DNA from: Octopus sinensis
Taxonomy: Eukaryota
Reading direction: 5' to 3'
Assembly (NCBI RefSeq): GCF_006345805.1
Contig: NC_043018.1
Span: 10,540,001-10,604,000 of the forward strand
Length of the DNA: 64,000 nucleotides
Positions 1 to 12,057 of the stretch are shown here, one piece after another (position 1 is the stretch's first letter; each line of letters starts with the position of its first letter). The translations under genes and the position numbers were made by a program. The notes beneath the pieces are model-generated. The model was given only the letters and a program-made list of their open reading frames with translations. It did not search any database and was not told where the DNA came from.

Positions 1-56
1 CGCTGTGATCAGAAATTTTGAAAATGAAAGGTGTCTAATTACTTCCTGCATGTCTG

Positions 57-62
57 TCTATT

Positions 63-117
<55 letters not shown>

Positions 118-420
118 TGTGTGTCAGTCTGTCTGTGTGACTATGTGAATCCCTAAAACTTGAGAACTACACAACCAATTTCATTCAAATTTTACACATG
201 CCTTACTTAGGGTCCATGTAGTGTCATAGGCCAAAAATATTTTTGACTTCTTGCCTAATGCAAGCCCACAGCAATATCATATCTTCTCCACTATTTCAGT
301 ATTACGTGTCAAAAGTGAAAGAATAACATCTCTCTATTGTAATGTCAAATACTTTCACTTTAATAGTTTCACTTTAATACTGAAACTAATATAGTGAAAA
401 TATTATCTCAGATATATACA
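57..420 (+). mobile_element. Helitron-like non-autonomous element, 5' portion
   Basis: Starts TC-TATTTATATATA, then a (GA)n/GTCTGTCTG tract and a core typical of non-autonomous Helitron/DINE-like elements; no 3' CTAG found. Confidence 0.35.
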
Positions 421-463
421 AGCATACATACATACATATATACTTACATACATATATATAATG

Positions 464-715
464 CTAGCAGAGATACACAGCGTTGCCCGTGTTACATTCA
501 ATTGAAGAATTAGACTTTTCTGTTATATTTTCTGTAATGAAATGGAATATCTATGTTCGAATTTCATAAAAATTGCAGATGAGGGTTATTTCCCTCTTTA
601 CACACCCTAAAAAAATTCTAATTATGACTCATTACGTACTCCCAAAAATTCAATTTTGGGGACGTACGTAATGTCTGGTCTTTCGCATATAGCCGGTATG
701 TGATTGTGCATTTGT
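464..715 (-). mobile_element. Helitron-like element, 3' end
   Basis: Minus strand ends CACGGGCAACGCTGTG-TATCTCTG-CTAG, a degenerate version of the hairpin+CTAG end seen intact at 33514-33541. Confidence 0.4.
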
Positions 716-740
716 TTCCGTGTACTATGTGTTGTGTGTA

Positions 741-830
741 AAAAACATCCTGACGAGGGGAGTGTCAATTTCAAATATATGATATGTTTCATATTAATTG
801 GTGCGTCTCCGAAACTTTTATGTATTTTTG
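741..830 (+). ncRNA. Decayed type I hammerhead ribozyme
   Basis: CTGACGA 750-756; stem II GGGGA/TCTCC with long extension (CAATT/AATTG); GAAAC 811-815; stem III and cleavage triplet degraded. Confidence 0.45.
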
Positions 831-1029
831 TAAATTTGTATATTTATCTTTTATGTATTTTTCTCTGGAATTTTAAAATCGTCATTTTAATGTCTTTGTA
901 TGTTTTATTACCCAAATTTTTAATTCAACAAACCTATAACAAATGTTTTACGAGTTTAAGCGTAAATTCAAGGTGTTATATATGCAACATTGATTCTTAT
1001 ATATTTATATATTTTTATATGATGTTTAT

Positions 1030-1317
1030 CACGTGATCACGTGACCGACTAGACCATCAGATGTTGTTACACATCGCTGGTCACAATGCGTTCGCATTGT
1101 TTTAGCCTTCGAATGACGCTGCTGGCTAAGCGAGCAGGCCAATAGAAGAAAGAGTGAGAGAAAGAGTGGTGAAAGAGTACAGCAGGGATCACCACCACCT
1201 GCCGGAGCCTCGTGGAGCTTTAAGGTGTTTTCGCTCAATAAACACTCACAATGCCCGAAACTGCGATCCTACAACCGCGAGTCCGCTGCCCTAACCACTG
1301 GGCCATTGCACCTCCAC
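1030..1317 (-). mobile_element. tRNA-headed SINE, full length
   Basis: Minus strand begins GGAGGTGCAATGGCCCAGTGGTTAGGGCAGCGGACTC (A-box-like head) and ends in a CACGTGAT repeat; 11-bp TSD ATGATGTTTAT at 1019-1029 and 1318-1328; partial copy at 37296-37445. Confidence 0.8.
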
Positions 1318-1591
1318 ATGATGTTTATATATTTATATATTACTATATTTTTAAACGTTGGACTTTATATCTGTTCTGTAGATATAAATGAATATATGTA
1401 TGTGTTTGATCTTTCTGTGGATTTTGTAATGTTCCTTTAGTTGCTGCTCACATTGCCTCCCCTCGGATTAATAAGTGTATACAGCTCATTTGAGCACTAC
1501 CATTCCAGTCTGTTATATATTTTGAGTGTTGTTGTCACTAGCGATCTCAAGATATAGCTTTGTATTTTGTAATATATATATATATATATAT

Positions 1592-1706
1592 ATCTTTGGC
1601 TTGGTATTTCTACTGCAGCTGTCTTACCAGAAATATAGCATCAGTGGTGCTTTTCCCTGGTACGAAACCAAACTGCATCTCATCCAAACTGACTCTCTCC
1701 CTAATT
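1592..1706 (-). pseudogene. RTE LINE reverse transcriptase fragment
   Basis: Reverse complement matches RTE RT region 5850-5965 (MQFGFVPGKSTTDAIFL). Confidence 0.75.
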
Positions 1707-1737
1707 AGATAAATTATACATATATTATATATATATA

Positions 1738-2050
1738 TCATCATCATCATTATCGTCGTTTAGCGTCCGCTTTCCATGCTAGCATGGGTTGGACGGTTCA
1801 ACTGGGGTCTGGGAAGCCAGAAGGCTGCACCAGGCCCAGTTTGATCTGGCAATGTTTCTACGGCTGGATGCCCTTCCTAACGCCAACCACTCCATGAGTG
1901 TAGTGGGTACTTTTTACGTGCCACCGGCACAGGTGCCAGACGAGTCTGGCAAACGGCCACGATTGGATGGTGCTTTTTATGTGCCACCGGCACGGGGGGC
2001 CAGGCGAGGCTGGCAACGGCCACGAACGGATGGTGCTTGTTACGTGCCAC
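1738..2050 (-). mobile_element. 5'-truncated RTE-related 3' region with (ATG)n tail
   Basis: Reverse complement of the 8780-9090 terminus, including ~65-bp repeat units; embedded in (AT)n. Confidence 0.75.
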
Positions 2051-2057
2051 AAATATA

Positions 2058-2087
<30 letters not shown>

Positions 2088-2138
<51 letters not shown>

Positions 2139-2139
2139 T

Positions 2140-2177
<38 letters not shown>

Positions 2178-2178
2178 T
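2088..2178. repeat. (GATA)n microsatellite
   Basis: Direct reading. Confidence 0.95.
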
Positions 2179-2337
2179 ATAATATATATATATAGAGAGA
2201 TTTTGTTTCCGGAATTTTAGCACGCCAGAACTCAGACATTTGAAATTAACCCCAATGTAATCGGTGAAACTAAGCACGTGTCTATTTTTATACGGAAAAC
2301 TGGTGGTTAGTTTTACAAATTATATTACCTGTGGAAC

Positions 2338-2417
2338 GATCGTACTGACGAGTCCTATGGACGAAGGATTACGTAAGTGATTCATTAGTTAATAGGCGAA
2401 ACTGCCGGTCTGCGATT
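2338..2417 (+). ncRNA. Type I hammerhead ribozyme, intact core
   Basis: Helix I GATCGTA/TGCGATT (7 bp, 2 G-U); CTGACGA 2345-2351; stem II G(T)CCTAT/ATAGGC; GAAA 2398-2401; C-TGCCG-G stem III; GTC with predicted cleavage after C2410. Confidence 0.8.
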
Positions 2418-2580
2418 AATTCTTGTTCTTTATATAATTTTCATCTGTCTTGCCCACATATTGTTCTGGTGTCTGCTGAATTTTTCTCTAGAGAACATTC
2501 TTTTCTTTGTAGTTTGATCGTTGGTGATCTACTTCTAGCATATGGCTGACCACATAGTGGTTTTTTAGCCCTTTAAATAT

Positions 2581-2615
<35 letters not shown>

Positions 2616-3272
2616 CTTTTACTATATAAATGAGTGTGTGTGTATGTATGTATATCATGAAAAGGCTTCAAAACAATGTGTACTCAAGAAAAATGGATTT
2701 GATTTTTGTAATCTGCATCCCATTGGGAGAGTATTTGGTAATTTGTAATCCAAAAATATAATTCGCTATGAGAAATCACTCACTTTTTAGACCACCTTGT
2801 CTTATTTGTTTGTCTCCCTCTCTCTTTTACACTTCCCCCTCCCTATATATATTTACCACACTCTTTTTCACTCTCTCTCTCTCTGTATGTGTCTATCCCT
2901 CATGCGTACTGCCCCACCCCCTTTCTTTCTTCATATGACATGTAATAGCTTTCATTTTGTTTAAAACATCATTGTTGTTGTACCATCAAATGTTTTTACT
3001 TACATTTTGTGATAACTATCATGCAGATAAAGCTAGCTGTTTTCTGATTGAATAAAAATTATCAAATATTAAAACCTTGGTAACATTTTTCGAAAGTTTT
3101 TCTCGAACAAATAAATCACAAAATTGGATTGCATGTGAAAAGTTACACCAATAAACCAAATTTGAAACTTTTCACTTAATTTTGAAATTTCAAAATCTGT
3201 GAGAGCAACAGAAAAGGTCCTCTCCCTCTCTCTGTCTTTTACACTTTCCTCATTGTAAACTTTCCCCTTTCT

Positions 3273-4179
3273 CAGTGGCATAGCCAGGGTCTCAAGTTGG
3301 AGGGAGCAAGCTCATAAGAAAAATAGACAGTATAACCACCAAACGATTTTTAACTCATTCCTCTTATGTGAAATATTCCATTAGTTATAATAAATTTAAT
3401 TTTATCCTACATTCATTAACCCTTTCGATACCAACCTGGCTGAAACCACCTCTGGCTCTGAGTATAAATGTCTTATTTTCATAAGTTTTGAATTAAAATC
3501 TTCCACCAAACCTTAGTCACAATTTATGCTCCTAACACTAGCTGAATGATTACTAAGTTATTTTACTAAATTCTTTGTTAAATTTAAAGTAATTGAAGGA
3601 AACACAGTGTATCTCAAAATAAATACAGTAACGAAAGGGTTAATTTCACATTTCAGTAGCAATGTCATTGAGCATGAAATTTACAACTTCAGGAAACCGG
3701 TGCTGTGACACATACCAAACAATTTTTAACCCATTTCGCTTATATTACCTGAAATATTTTATTTGTTGCAACAAATGCAATTGTAGTCTACGTTCATTAA
3801 TCTCACCTTTCAGTAACAATATTCGTTATGTATGAAACTTACACCTACCGATATAGGTGTGACATGAAAAAGGTGAAATTCCACTGGATCGTCTAGGGTC
3901 AAGAGGTTATGATGTCAGGGTTTGTTTTGGTCCTTCAGACATCAGAAAACACCAACACATCACAGGAGATTGAGCAGAGAGTTAAAAAATCATGGGAGCT
4001 CGATCAAATAAAGTAATGTCTCCAGAAATTTCTTCCAGGGCCACGTGATTGGCAAAAAACAAAAATTCAATTTTTATCACACGGGGGAACTGAAGAGTTA
4101 AAATAATTGTTGAAAACATGCAAATTTTGAAAAATGTGCTCAGCAGGAGCAGTTGTTCCCCCTATTAGCTATGCCACTG
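3273..4179. mobile_element. Non-autonomous hAT element
   Basis: 12-bp TIR CAGTGGCATAGC/GCTATGCCACTG; 8-bp TSD CCCTTTCT vs CCCTCTCT (1 mismatch). Confidence 0.75.
3420..3639. mobile_element. piggyBac-type MITE nested in the hAT element
   Basis: TTAA|CCCTTTCGATAC ... GTAACGAAAGGG|TTAA. Confidence 0.8.
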
Positions 4180-4221
4180 CCCTCTCTTTATATATATATA
4201 TATATAATATTATATATATAT

Positions 4222-4288
4222 ATGGCGGTGCCCCCACATGGCCACAGCTCATGAGCTGAAACTAGAATCAATCAGAATCAGTCAATCA
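4222..4288 (+). mobile_element. CR1/L2-type LINE 3' tail remnant
   Basis: GGCGGTGCCCCCACATGGCCACAGCTCATGAGCTGAAACTAGA matches the LINE tails at 17863-17910 and 56834-56880. Confidence 0.65.
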
Positions 4289-4292
4289 TATA

Positions 4293-7255
4293 GGTGGAGA
4301 GGAGGTTCTGCTAGGTTCCTCACAGGCAAAGGACAGAGGTACAAGATTTTCTGGGCTGGGAATACTGACGGAGTCGGGGGTGTGGGCATGCTTATCGCCG
4401 AAAATGGGTAGATAAGGTAATCGAGGTAGTCAGAGTAAGTGACAGAATAATTAAGATTAGATTAGTGCTCCACCATAGTTTAGCAACTATTATATCGGCC
4501 TATGCCCCTCAGCCAGGGCTACCTGATGGACAGAAAGACTGTTTCTATGACACCCTACTGCAGACCACATCATTGACGAACGACAGGGACCTTCTCTTTG
4601 TGGCTGGTGACTTCAATGGGCATGTGGACGACGTGCTGGGGGCTTCCATGGCGTGCATGGAGGCTACGGTTATGGTTCCCGCAACGAGGAGGGAACCAGG
4701 CTGCTGGAGTTCTGCGATGCGAATAGTCTTATGATTTGCAACACTAACTTCAGGAAACCGACAAGCCACCTGGTCACCTACCGATCGGGCCGGCATACTA
4801 GCCAAATCGACTACATCCTTGCCAGAAAAAGGGAAAGATGGCTGCTTATAAATGCCAAAACCTTCCCAAGTGAAGAATGCACCCCACAACATAGACTGGT
4901 AGTTAGTGACTTTAGGATCAGGACTAAGAGGGCGACTAGAAGACGACCAACATGGAGAAGAAGGGTCTGGAAGCTTAAAGACCTGCGAATGGACAGAGAT
5001 TTAGAGATATGTTATTGAAGCTTTAGACGAAATGGAAGGGAGTATAGCTACGCATGGGGTAGAAGACAACTGGACGCTTCTGAGGGACAACCTGCTGAAA
5101 GCCGCTGACCAGATCTGTGGCTGGTGCAAAGTCCCCTTAAGACCCAAATATACGTGGTGGTGGAACAATATTGTTGACAGGGCTATTAGACAAAAGAAAC
5201 AGGCTTGGAAGGCCTGGAGAACGGTGGTAGCAGGGAAGTGTATCAGTCTGCCAGAAGGGAAGCCAGGAGACAGGTCTATCTAGCCAGAGGGGAAGCAGAG
5301 AAGGAAAAATTGCCAATGTCCTGCGTCGTGAGGATGAAAGACTTGAGGTATTTCGTGTTGCAAGACAGTGTGGAGAGAGAATCGTGACGTGGTAGGAGAG
5401 AAATGTGTTCGCAAGGAGGACGGTTCACTTGCACTTAATGAGGGTGCAAAGAGAGAGACTTGGAGACGCCACTATGATAGGTTGCTGAATGAAGAAAATG
5501 AATGGGATAAAGAGAGTCTGCCGAATGTCGACCCAACAGAGGGACCAGCAATCCGAGTTAACAGTTCCTTAGTAGATAAGGCAATTAGAAGCATGAAAAC
5601 AGGGAAAGCCCCAGGCCCATCAGGAATTACTGCAGAGATGCTCAAAATATCTGGTGGTGTCGGCTATAGCTTAGTCACCCGTTATAGTTAACCAGGTGAT
5701 ACACGAGGGGGTCATACCCAATGACTGGTGTAGCAGCATAATAGTCAACTGCTACAAAGGTAAAGGCGACGCCCTAGAGACAAATAACTACACGGGCATC
5801 AAGCTGCTGGATCAGGTAATGAAGGTTACGGAGAGGGTTGTAGCCGAACTAATTAGAGAGAGAGTTACCTTAGATGATATGCAGTTTGGGTTCGTGCCAG
5901 GGAAAAGTACTACTGATGCTATATTCCTGTAAGACAGCTGCAGGAGAAATACCTAGCCAAAGATAAGCCCTTGTACCTGGCTTTTGTTGACTTGGAGAAA
6001 GCCTTTGACAGGGTCCCCCGGTCCCTTATCTGGTGGTCAATGAGGAAACTAGGGATAGAAGAATGGTTGGTGAGAGCTGTGCAAGCCATGTACAGAGACG
6101 CTGCTAGTAAGGTGAGGGTGGGCAACGAGTACAGTGAAGAATTCCGGGTAGAGGTTGGGGTCCACCAAGGTTCAGTCCTCAGTCCCCTCCTATTTATCAT
6201 AGTCCTCCAGGCAATAACGGAGGAATTCAAGAAGGTTCAGTCCTCAGTCCCCTCCTATTTATCATAGTCCTCCAGGCAATAACGGAGGAATTCAAGACAG
6301 GTTGCCCCTGGGAGCTCCTCTATGCTGATGACCTTGCTCTAATTGCTGAGTCACTATCAGAACTGGAGGAGATTTCCAGGTGTGGAAACAAGGATTAGAA
6401 TCGAAGGGCCTTAGAATCAACCTAGCCAAAACCAAAGTTCTAATAAGTAGGAAGGTAGATCAATCACAAACGCCTTCAGGTAGATGGCCCTGCTCGATCT
6501 GTAAAAAAGGTGTAGGTAGAAACTCTATAAGATGCACCAAGTGTAAGCTATGGACACATAAGAGGTGCAGCAATGTCAAAGGAAGGCTAACTAGGAAAAT
6601 AGTTTTTGTCTGTGGCAAATGCTCAGGAGCAATAAACACTGGAAATATGCAGAGACCAACTTCTGCCACGTTCCAGGGAGACAAACTAGAAGTAGTTGAT
6701 AGCTTCCGCTACCTAGGAGACCAAGTCAGTAGCGGGGGTGGGTGTGCTGAAAGTGTAACTGCTAGAGTAAGAATAGCCTGGGCAAAGTTTAGAGAGCTCT
6801 TACCCCTGCTGGTGACAAAAGGCCTCTCGCTCAGAGTAAAAGGCAGACTGTATGATGCATGTGTACGTACAGCCATGCTACATGGTAGTGAAACATGGGC
6901 CGTGACTGCTGAGGATATGCGTAAGCTCGCAAGAAATGAAGCCAGTATGCTCCGATGGATGTGTAATGTCAGTGTTCATAATCGTCAGAGTGTAAGTTCC
7001 TTGAGAGAAAAGCTGAACCTAAGAAGCGTCAGTTGTGGCGTGCAAGAGAGACGGCTGCGCTGGTATGGTCATGTGACAAGAAAGGCTGAAGATGTTTGTG
7101 TGCAAAAGTGCTACACCCTAGCAGTGGAGGGAACCTGTGGAAGAGGTAGACCCAGGAAAACCTGGGACGAGGTGGTGAAGCACGACCTTCGAACTTTAGG
7201 TCTCACTAAGGAAATGTCTAGAGACCGAGACCTATGGAAGTATTGCTGTGCATGA
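4293..7255 (+). pseudogene. RTE ORF2 (AP endonuclease, RT, PHD finger), frameshifted
   Basis: SAYAPQ, GDFNGHV, SQIDYIL and QHRLVV endonuclease motifs; RT FVDLEKAFD, QGSVLSP, YADD (6321-6332); C4HC3 finger 6491-6622; several frameshifts and a ~65-bp tandem duplication at 6170-6296. Confidence 0.92.
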
Positions 7256-9090
7256 GAAGACCCGGCAAGACTAGTCAGGCCATAACCCGTGCCCCGACCT
7301 GGGACGTAGTCAGTCCTGTGCATACCTTCCTTCTTGTGACACTTATGAAGACCTGTTGAGGCAAGTGAAAATCAAATCAAATCAAAACAAATCAAAATAG
7401 ATGAACATCAGTGGAATTGTATCTTTGTGGTACCAGTGCCGGTGGCACACAAGAAAACCACCCAAACGTGGCCGTAACCAGTACCCCACCGCATCGACTG
7501 GCCTCCGTGCTGTGGGCACAACAACAAACCATCCGATCGTGGCCGTTCGCCAGCCTCATCTGGCACATAAAGACACCATCCGAAGACCCGGCGACGTAGT
7601 CAGTCCACCTGTGCATACCTTCCCTCTTATGACACTTGTGAAGACCTGTTGAGGCAAGTGTGTGACACTTGTGAAGACCTGTTGAGGCAAGTGAAATCAA
7701 AAATCAAAAATCAAACCAAATCAAAATAGATGAATATCAATGGAATTTGTATCTTTGTGGTTCCAGTACCGGTGGCACACAAGAAAACCATCCGAAGTGG
7801 CCGTAGCTGGTACCGCATCGACTGGCCTCCGTGCTGTGGGCACAACAAACACCATCTGATCGTGGCCGTTCGCCAGCCTCACCTGGCACCTGTGTCGGTG
7901 GCACATAAAAACACCATCCAAAGACCCGGCGACGTAGTCAGTCCACCTGTGCTACCTTCCCTCTCTTATGACACTTGTGAAGACCTGTTGAGGCAGAGGC
8001 AAGTGTGTGACACACTTTGTGAAGACCTGTTGAGGCAGAGGCAAGTGTGTGACACTTGTGGAGACCTGTTGAGGCAAGTGTGTGACACGCGTGACACTTG
8101 TGAAGACCTGTTGAGGCAAGTGAAAATCAAACCAAATCAAAATAGATGAACATCAATGGAATTTGTATCTTTGTGGTTCCAGTACCGGTGGCACACAAGG
8201 ACACGCTTGACACTGTGAAGACCTGTTGAGGCAAGTGAAAATCAAACCAAATCAAAATAGATGAACATCAATGGAATTTGTATCTTTGTGGTTCCAGTAC
8301 CGGTGGCACACAAGAAAACCATCCGATCGTGGCCGTTCGCCAGCCACATCTGGCACCTGTGTCGGTGGCACATAAAGACACCATCCGAAGACCCGGCGAC
8401 GTAGACAGTCCACCTGTGCATACCTTCCTTCTTGTGACACTTGTGAAGACCTGTTGAGGCAAGTGACACTTGTGAAGACCTGTTGAGGCAAGTGAAAATC
8501 AAATCAAATCAAAACAAATCAAAATAGATGAGCATAAATGGAATTTGTATCTTTGTGGTACCAGTGCCGTGGCACACAAGAAAATCATCCGAACGTGGCC
8601 GTAGCCATACCGCATAGACTGGCCTCCGTGCTTTGGGGACGTAACAAACACCATCCGATCGTGGCCGTCCGCCAGCCTCATCTGGCACCTGTGTCGGTGG
8701 CACATAAAAACACCATCCGAGCGTGGCCGTCTGCCAGCCTCGTCTGGCACCTGCCAGCCTCATCTGGCACCTGTGTCGGTGGCACATAAAAACACCATCC
8801 GAGCGTGGCCGTCTGCCAGCCTCGTCTGGCACCTGTGTCGGTGGCACATAAAAACACCATCCGAGCGTGGCCGTTCGCCAGCCTCGTCTGGCACCTGTGT
8901 CGGTGGCACATAAAATCACCCACTACACTCTCGGAGTGGTTGGCGTTAGGAAGGGCATCCAGCTGTAGAAACACTGCCAGATCTGACTGGCCTGGTGCAG
9001 CCTTCGGGCTCCCCAGACCCCAGTTGAACCGTCCAACCCATGCTAGCATGGAAAACGGACGCTAAATGATGATGATGATGATGATGATGA
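7256..9090 (+). repeat. Hierarchical tandem array in the RTE 3' region
   Basis: ~300-bp units containing ~30-bp (GACACTTGTGAAGACCTGTTGAGGCAAGT), (AAATC)n and ~65-bp (GGTGGCACATAAAAACACCATCCGAGCGTGGCCG...) subrepeats. Confidence 0.9.
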
Positions 9091-9103
9091 TATATATATA
9101 TAT

Positions 9104-9225
9104 CGGAGTAAACACATAAATGTGAAACAATGTGGAAAAAAGAGTACTCAAATACCAGGGGTAGAGTAATATGCTTTTTTTAAAAGCAGCAGAATTTCTG
9201 CTACTTTTAATAAAGTATATTATAT
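9104..9225. mobile_element. Collapsed copy of the HHR-palindrome element at 11960-12193
   Basis: Same GGAGTAAACACATAAATGTG... leader and outer arms; the central ~110 bp carrying both HHR cores is missing. Confidence 0.8.
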
Positions 9226-9274
9226 ATATATATATATTATATATATATATATATAATATATATATATATATATA

Positions 9275-9827
9275 CATTGGGTTGTCCGGAAAGTTCATGC
9301 CGATTTTTAAAGGAAAGAAAAAGGTCAATAAATTCTTGCCTTTACATTTTTAATCAACCAAATATGAACCATTTTGTTGCACAATGCATCTCCATCTTTC
9401 CTTTAACTTGAAAATACCCTCTTCCCAGAATTGAGGTGGTTTCATGGCAAAGAATTCATCAAGGTATCTTTTTATGTCATCTAAGGAATTGAAATTTTTA
9501 CCATTAAGACTATTCTGCAGAGACCTGAATAAGTGGAAATCCAAAGGAGCAATATCTGGTGAATATGGAGGGTGGGGTAACACATCCCAGCCGAGCTGCA
9601 GCAATTTTTGTCTGGTTCCCAAAGCATCAAGTGCTGAAAATAAACTTTCTTATCTTCCATTTTAAAGGGTTACAGAATTAACACAGGTTATAGGAACATA
9701 AATCTTCTTCCACAAAAAGATAGCTCAAACTGTGCTCTAAATGGAGGTGTAGTCAAATCCTATTTTATCGACTCAACCATGTTCTAAAATAAGTCGAAAG
9801 GTAAGCTACTTTCCAGACAACCCAGTA
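9275..9827 (-). mobile_element. Internally deleted mariner transposon
   Basis: TIRs TTGGGTTGTCCGGAAAGT / ACTTTCCAGACAACCCAG with TA flanks; N-terminus MEDKKVYFQHLML (from 9660) joined to C-terminal HPPYSPDIAPLDFHLF...WRCIVQQNGSY. Confidence 0.9.
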
Positions 9828-10849
9828 GTTACCACACTCTCTCACACTTTCTCTGTATATGTATATTGCTCATACTGAATGTGTGTTTGTATGCATGACT
9901 GCGTGTGTGTGTGTGTGTGTGTGTGAGTGCATGCATGTCTGTGCGTCGTGCATGCGTGCACGTGTGAGGAATTTCAGTTGGGCAACTGAGTTGAATGACC
10001 CTCACAAAACATCAGGTGGTGGTGGTAGTATTGGTGGAATTGGTGGTTGTGGTGGTGGTGGTACTGATAGTGATGATAATAATGATGATGTTGACTATTG
10101 CACCAGCACTGATTGAAGCGTGGTAGTAGTGGAGGTAAGAGACATGGCAGTAGTAACAGCAGTGGTGGTGGTGGTGATGATAGCAATTGTAGTGGTGGTG
10201 GTGGTGGTTGTGGTGGTGGTGGTGGTGGAGGTGGTGGTGGTGGCGGCGGCGGCGGTGGTGGTAAAATTTGGGCTTCTAAATTCTGAGGTTTAAATCCAAC
10301 CACAATTAATCCCTGTCCCCACCCAACCCCAACTCCACCCCCACACTCAAAGGGGATATTCACTATTTTACTTTAAACTTTATCAGTTTAAATACCATCA
10401 GAGCAAAGTTGGGGGTGGATATGACACACCCTTCCATTCCCTTTTTCATCAACCCTCATCATCAAGGACGACCCATTGACCTTGAAAAAGGTCAAAAGGA
10501 TCTTGACAATACATTCATGGGAAATTTTAAATGAATTACCCTTATTTTGTTCCCAGTTTTATACACAGGCTGATGCTCCCTTCTGCTGCACCCTTTTGGT
10601 TTATTCTTCAGAAATCCAATCCCTTTGAAACCTCATTCCCTCTCTGGTATTTTCATTTTTTTTTTCTACCCTTATCTTGTCTGATTAGGGTATGAATATA
10701 TAATGTAGGTACGTGTTGTATGAGCATATGCCTGTATGCGTATATATGTATGTGTATGTGTTCCTTAATGTATTTTTCACATGTGAATAGTATATACGCT
10801 TTGCTTATGTATGTATATGTGTGTATATATGTATTTGTATATATATATA

Positions 10850-11252
10850 CTCTTTACTCTTTACTCTTTTACTTGTTTCAGTCATTTGACTGTGGCCATG
10901 CTGGAGCACTGCCTTTAATCGAGCAACTCGACCCCAGGACTTATTCTTTGTAAGCCCAGTACTTATTCTATCGGTTTCTTTTGGCAAACCGCTAAGTAAC
11001 GGGGACATAAACACACCAGCATCGGTTGTCAAGCAATGCTAGGGGGACAAACACAGACACACAAACACACACACATACATATATATGTACATATATATGA
11101 CGGGCTTCTTTCAGTTTCCGTCTACCAAATCCACTCACAAGGCTTTAGTCGACCCGAGGCTATAGTAGAAGACACTTGCCCAAGGTGCCATGCAGTGGGA
11201 CTGAACCCAGTACCATGTGGTTGGTAAACAAGCTACTTACCACACAGCCACC
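10850..11252 (-). mobile_element. tRNA-headed SINE family A
   Basis: Head TGGCTGTGTGG...GGTTCAGTCCC (A/B-box like), internal (TA/TG)n, LINE-like tail GCAGTGCTCCAGCATGGCC; many copies in the window. Confidence 0.85.
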
Positions 11253-11390
11253 TATATAAATATATATTATATTATATTATATTTGTATATCTGGATATTT
11301 GTTTATTGTTTATTTTTTATATATTAAGTAATACGTGTATCATGTTTAGTATATTAATATTAATATTAATATTTTTAAAGTTCATTATAA

Positions 11391-11523
11391 TCTCTGACAA
11401 GGCCTATGGTTTTTTAATATATAAGTATTATATTTTTTAAATGCCTACAACCTCAGTATGTTGACATCTATAGGCAATGAAAATTAGATTTACTTTTGAC
11501 CATAGGCTGAAACAGCTGTAAGA
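11391..11523 (+). ncRNA. Type I hammerhead relic with CpG-type decay
   Basis: CTGACAA (G8>A) 11394-11400; 10-bp stem II GGCCTATGGT/ACCATAGGCT; GAAA 11509-11512; palindromic stem III ACAGCTGT; GTA triplet 11518-11520; short helix I TCT/AGA. Confidence 0.65.
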
Positions 11524-11699
11524 AGTAATTTTTAGGATTTCATTAATTTATACTTTGACTTTTAAAATCTGTATTTTTATTATTATCTTATCTATTGATT
11601 TATATAATATTTTTGTATGTTTTTGATGTTCTCATTTGTAGAATGAATAAATAATCCAAAATTATATTATCCGTAAGTTGATGAACAAACCAAATTTGT

Positions 11700-11958
<259 letters not shown>

Positions 11959-12057
11959 TGGAGTAAACACATAAATGTGAAACAAGGTGGAAAAAAGAGT
12001 ACTCAAATACCAGTGGTAGAGTAATATGCTTTATTTAAAGCAGCAGAAAATTCAACA

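Larger units (their letters stand above)
4291..9090 (+). mobile_element. RTE-clade LINE, 5'-truncated
   Basis: AP-endonuclease, RT and C-terminal domains in order, then a 1.8-kb repeat-rich 3' region ending in (ATG)n. Confidence 0.9.

Noticed and set aside
1260-1317. tRNA genes at SINE heads (also ~17093, 51366, 52660)
   Set aside because: Only A/B-box-like heads continuing into SINE bodies; no complete cloverleaf.
6909-6945. CTGAGGA...GAAA in RTE ORF2
   Set aside because: Lies in coding sequence (AEDMRKLARNE); helix I does not pair.
8690-8910. HDV-like ribozyme in the ~65-bp RTE repeat (CCA-GCCTCGTC-TGG resembles P3/L3)
   Set aside because: I could not build P1, P1.1 and P2 into a full double pseudoknot; an Infernal/RNArobo search would settle it.
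7256-9090. CRISPR-like appearance of the repeat arrays here and at 55030-55495
   Set aside because: Eukaryotic context, no cas genes, and the inter-repeat segments are homologous to each other rather than unique spacers.
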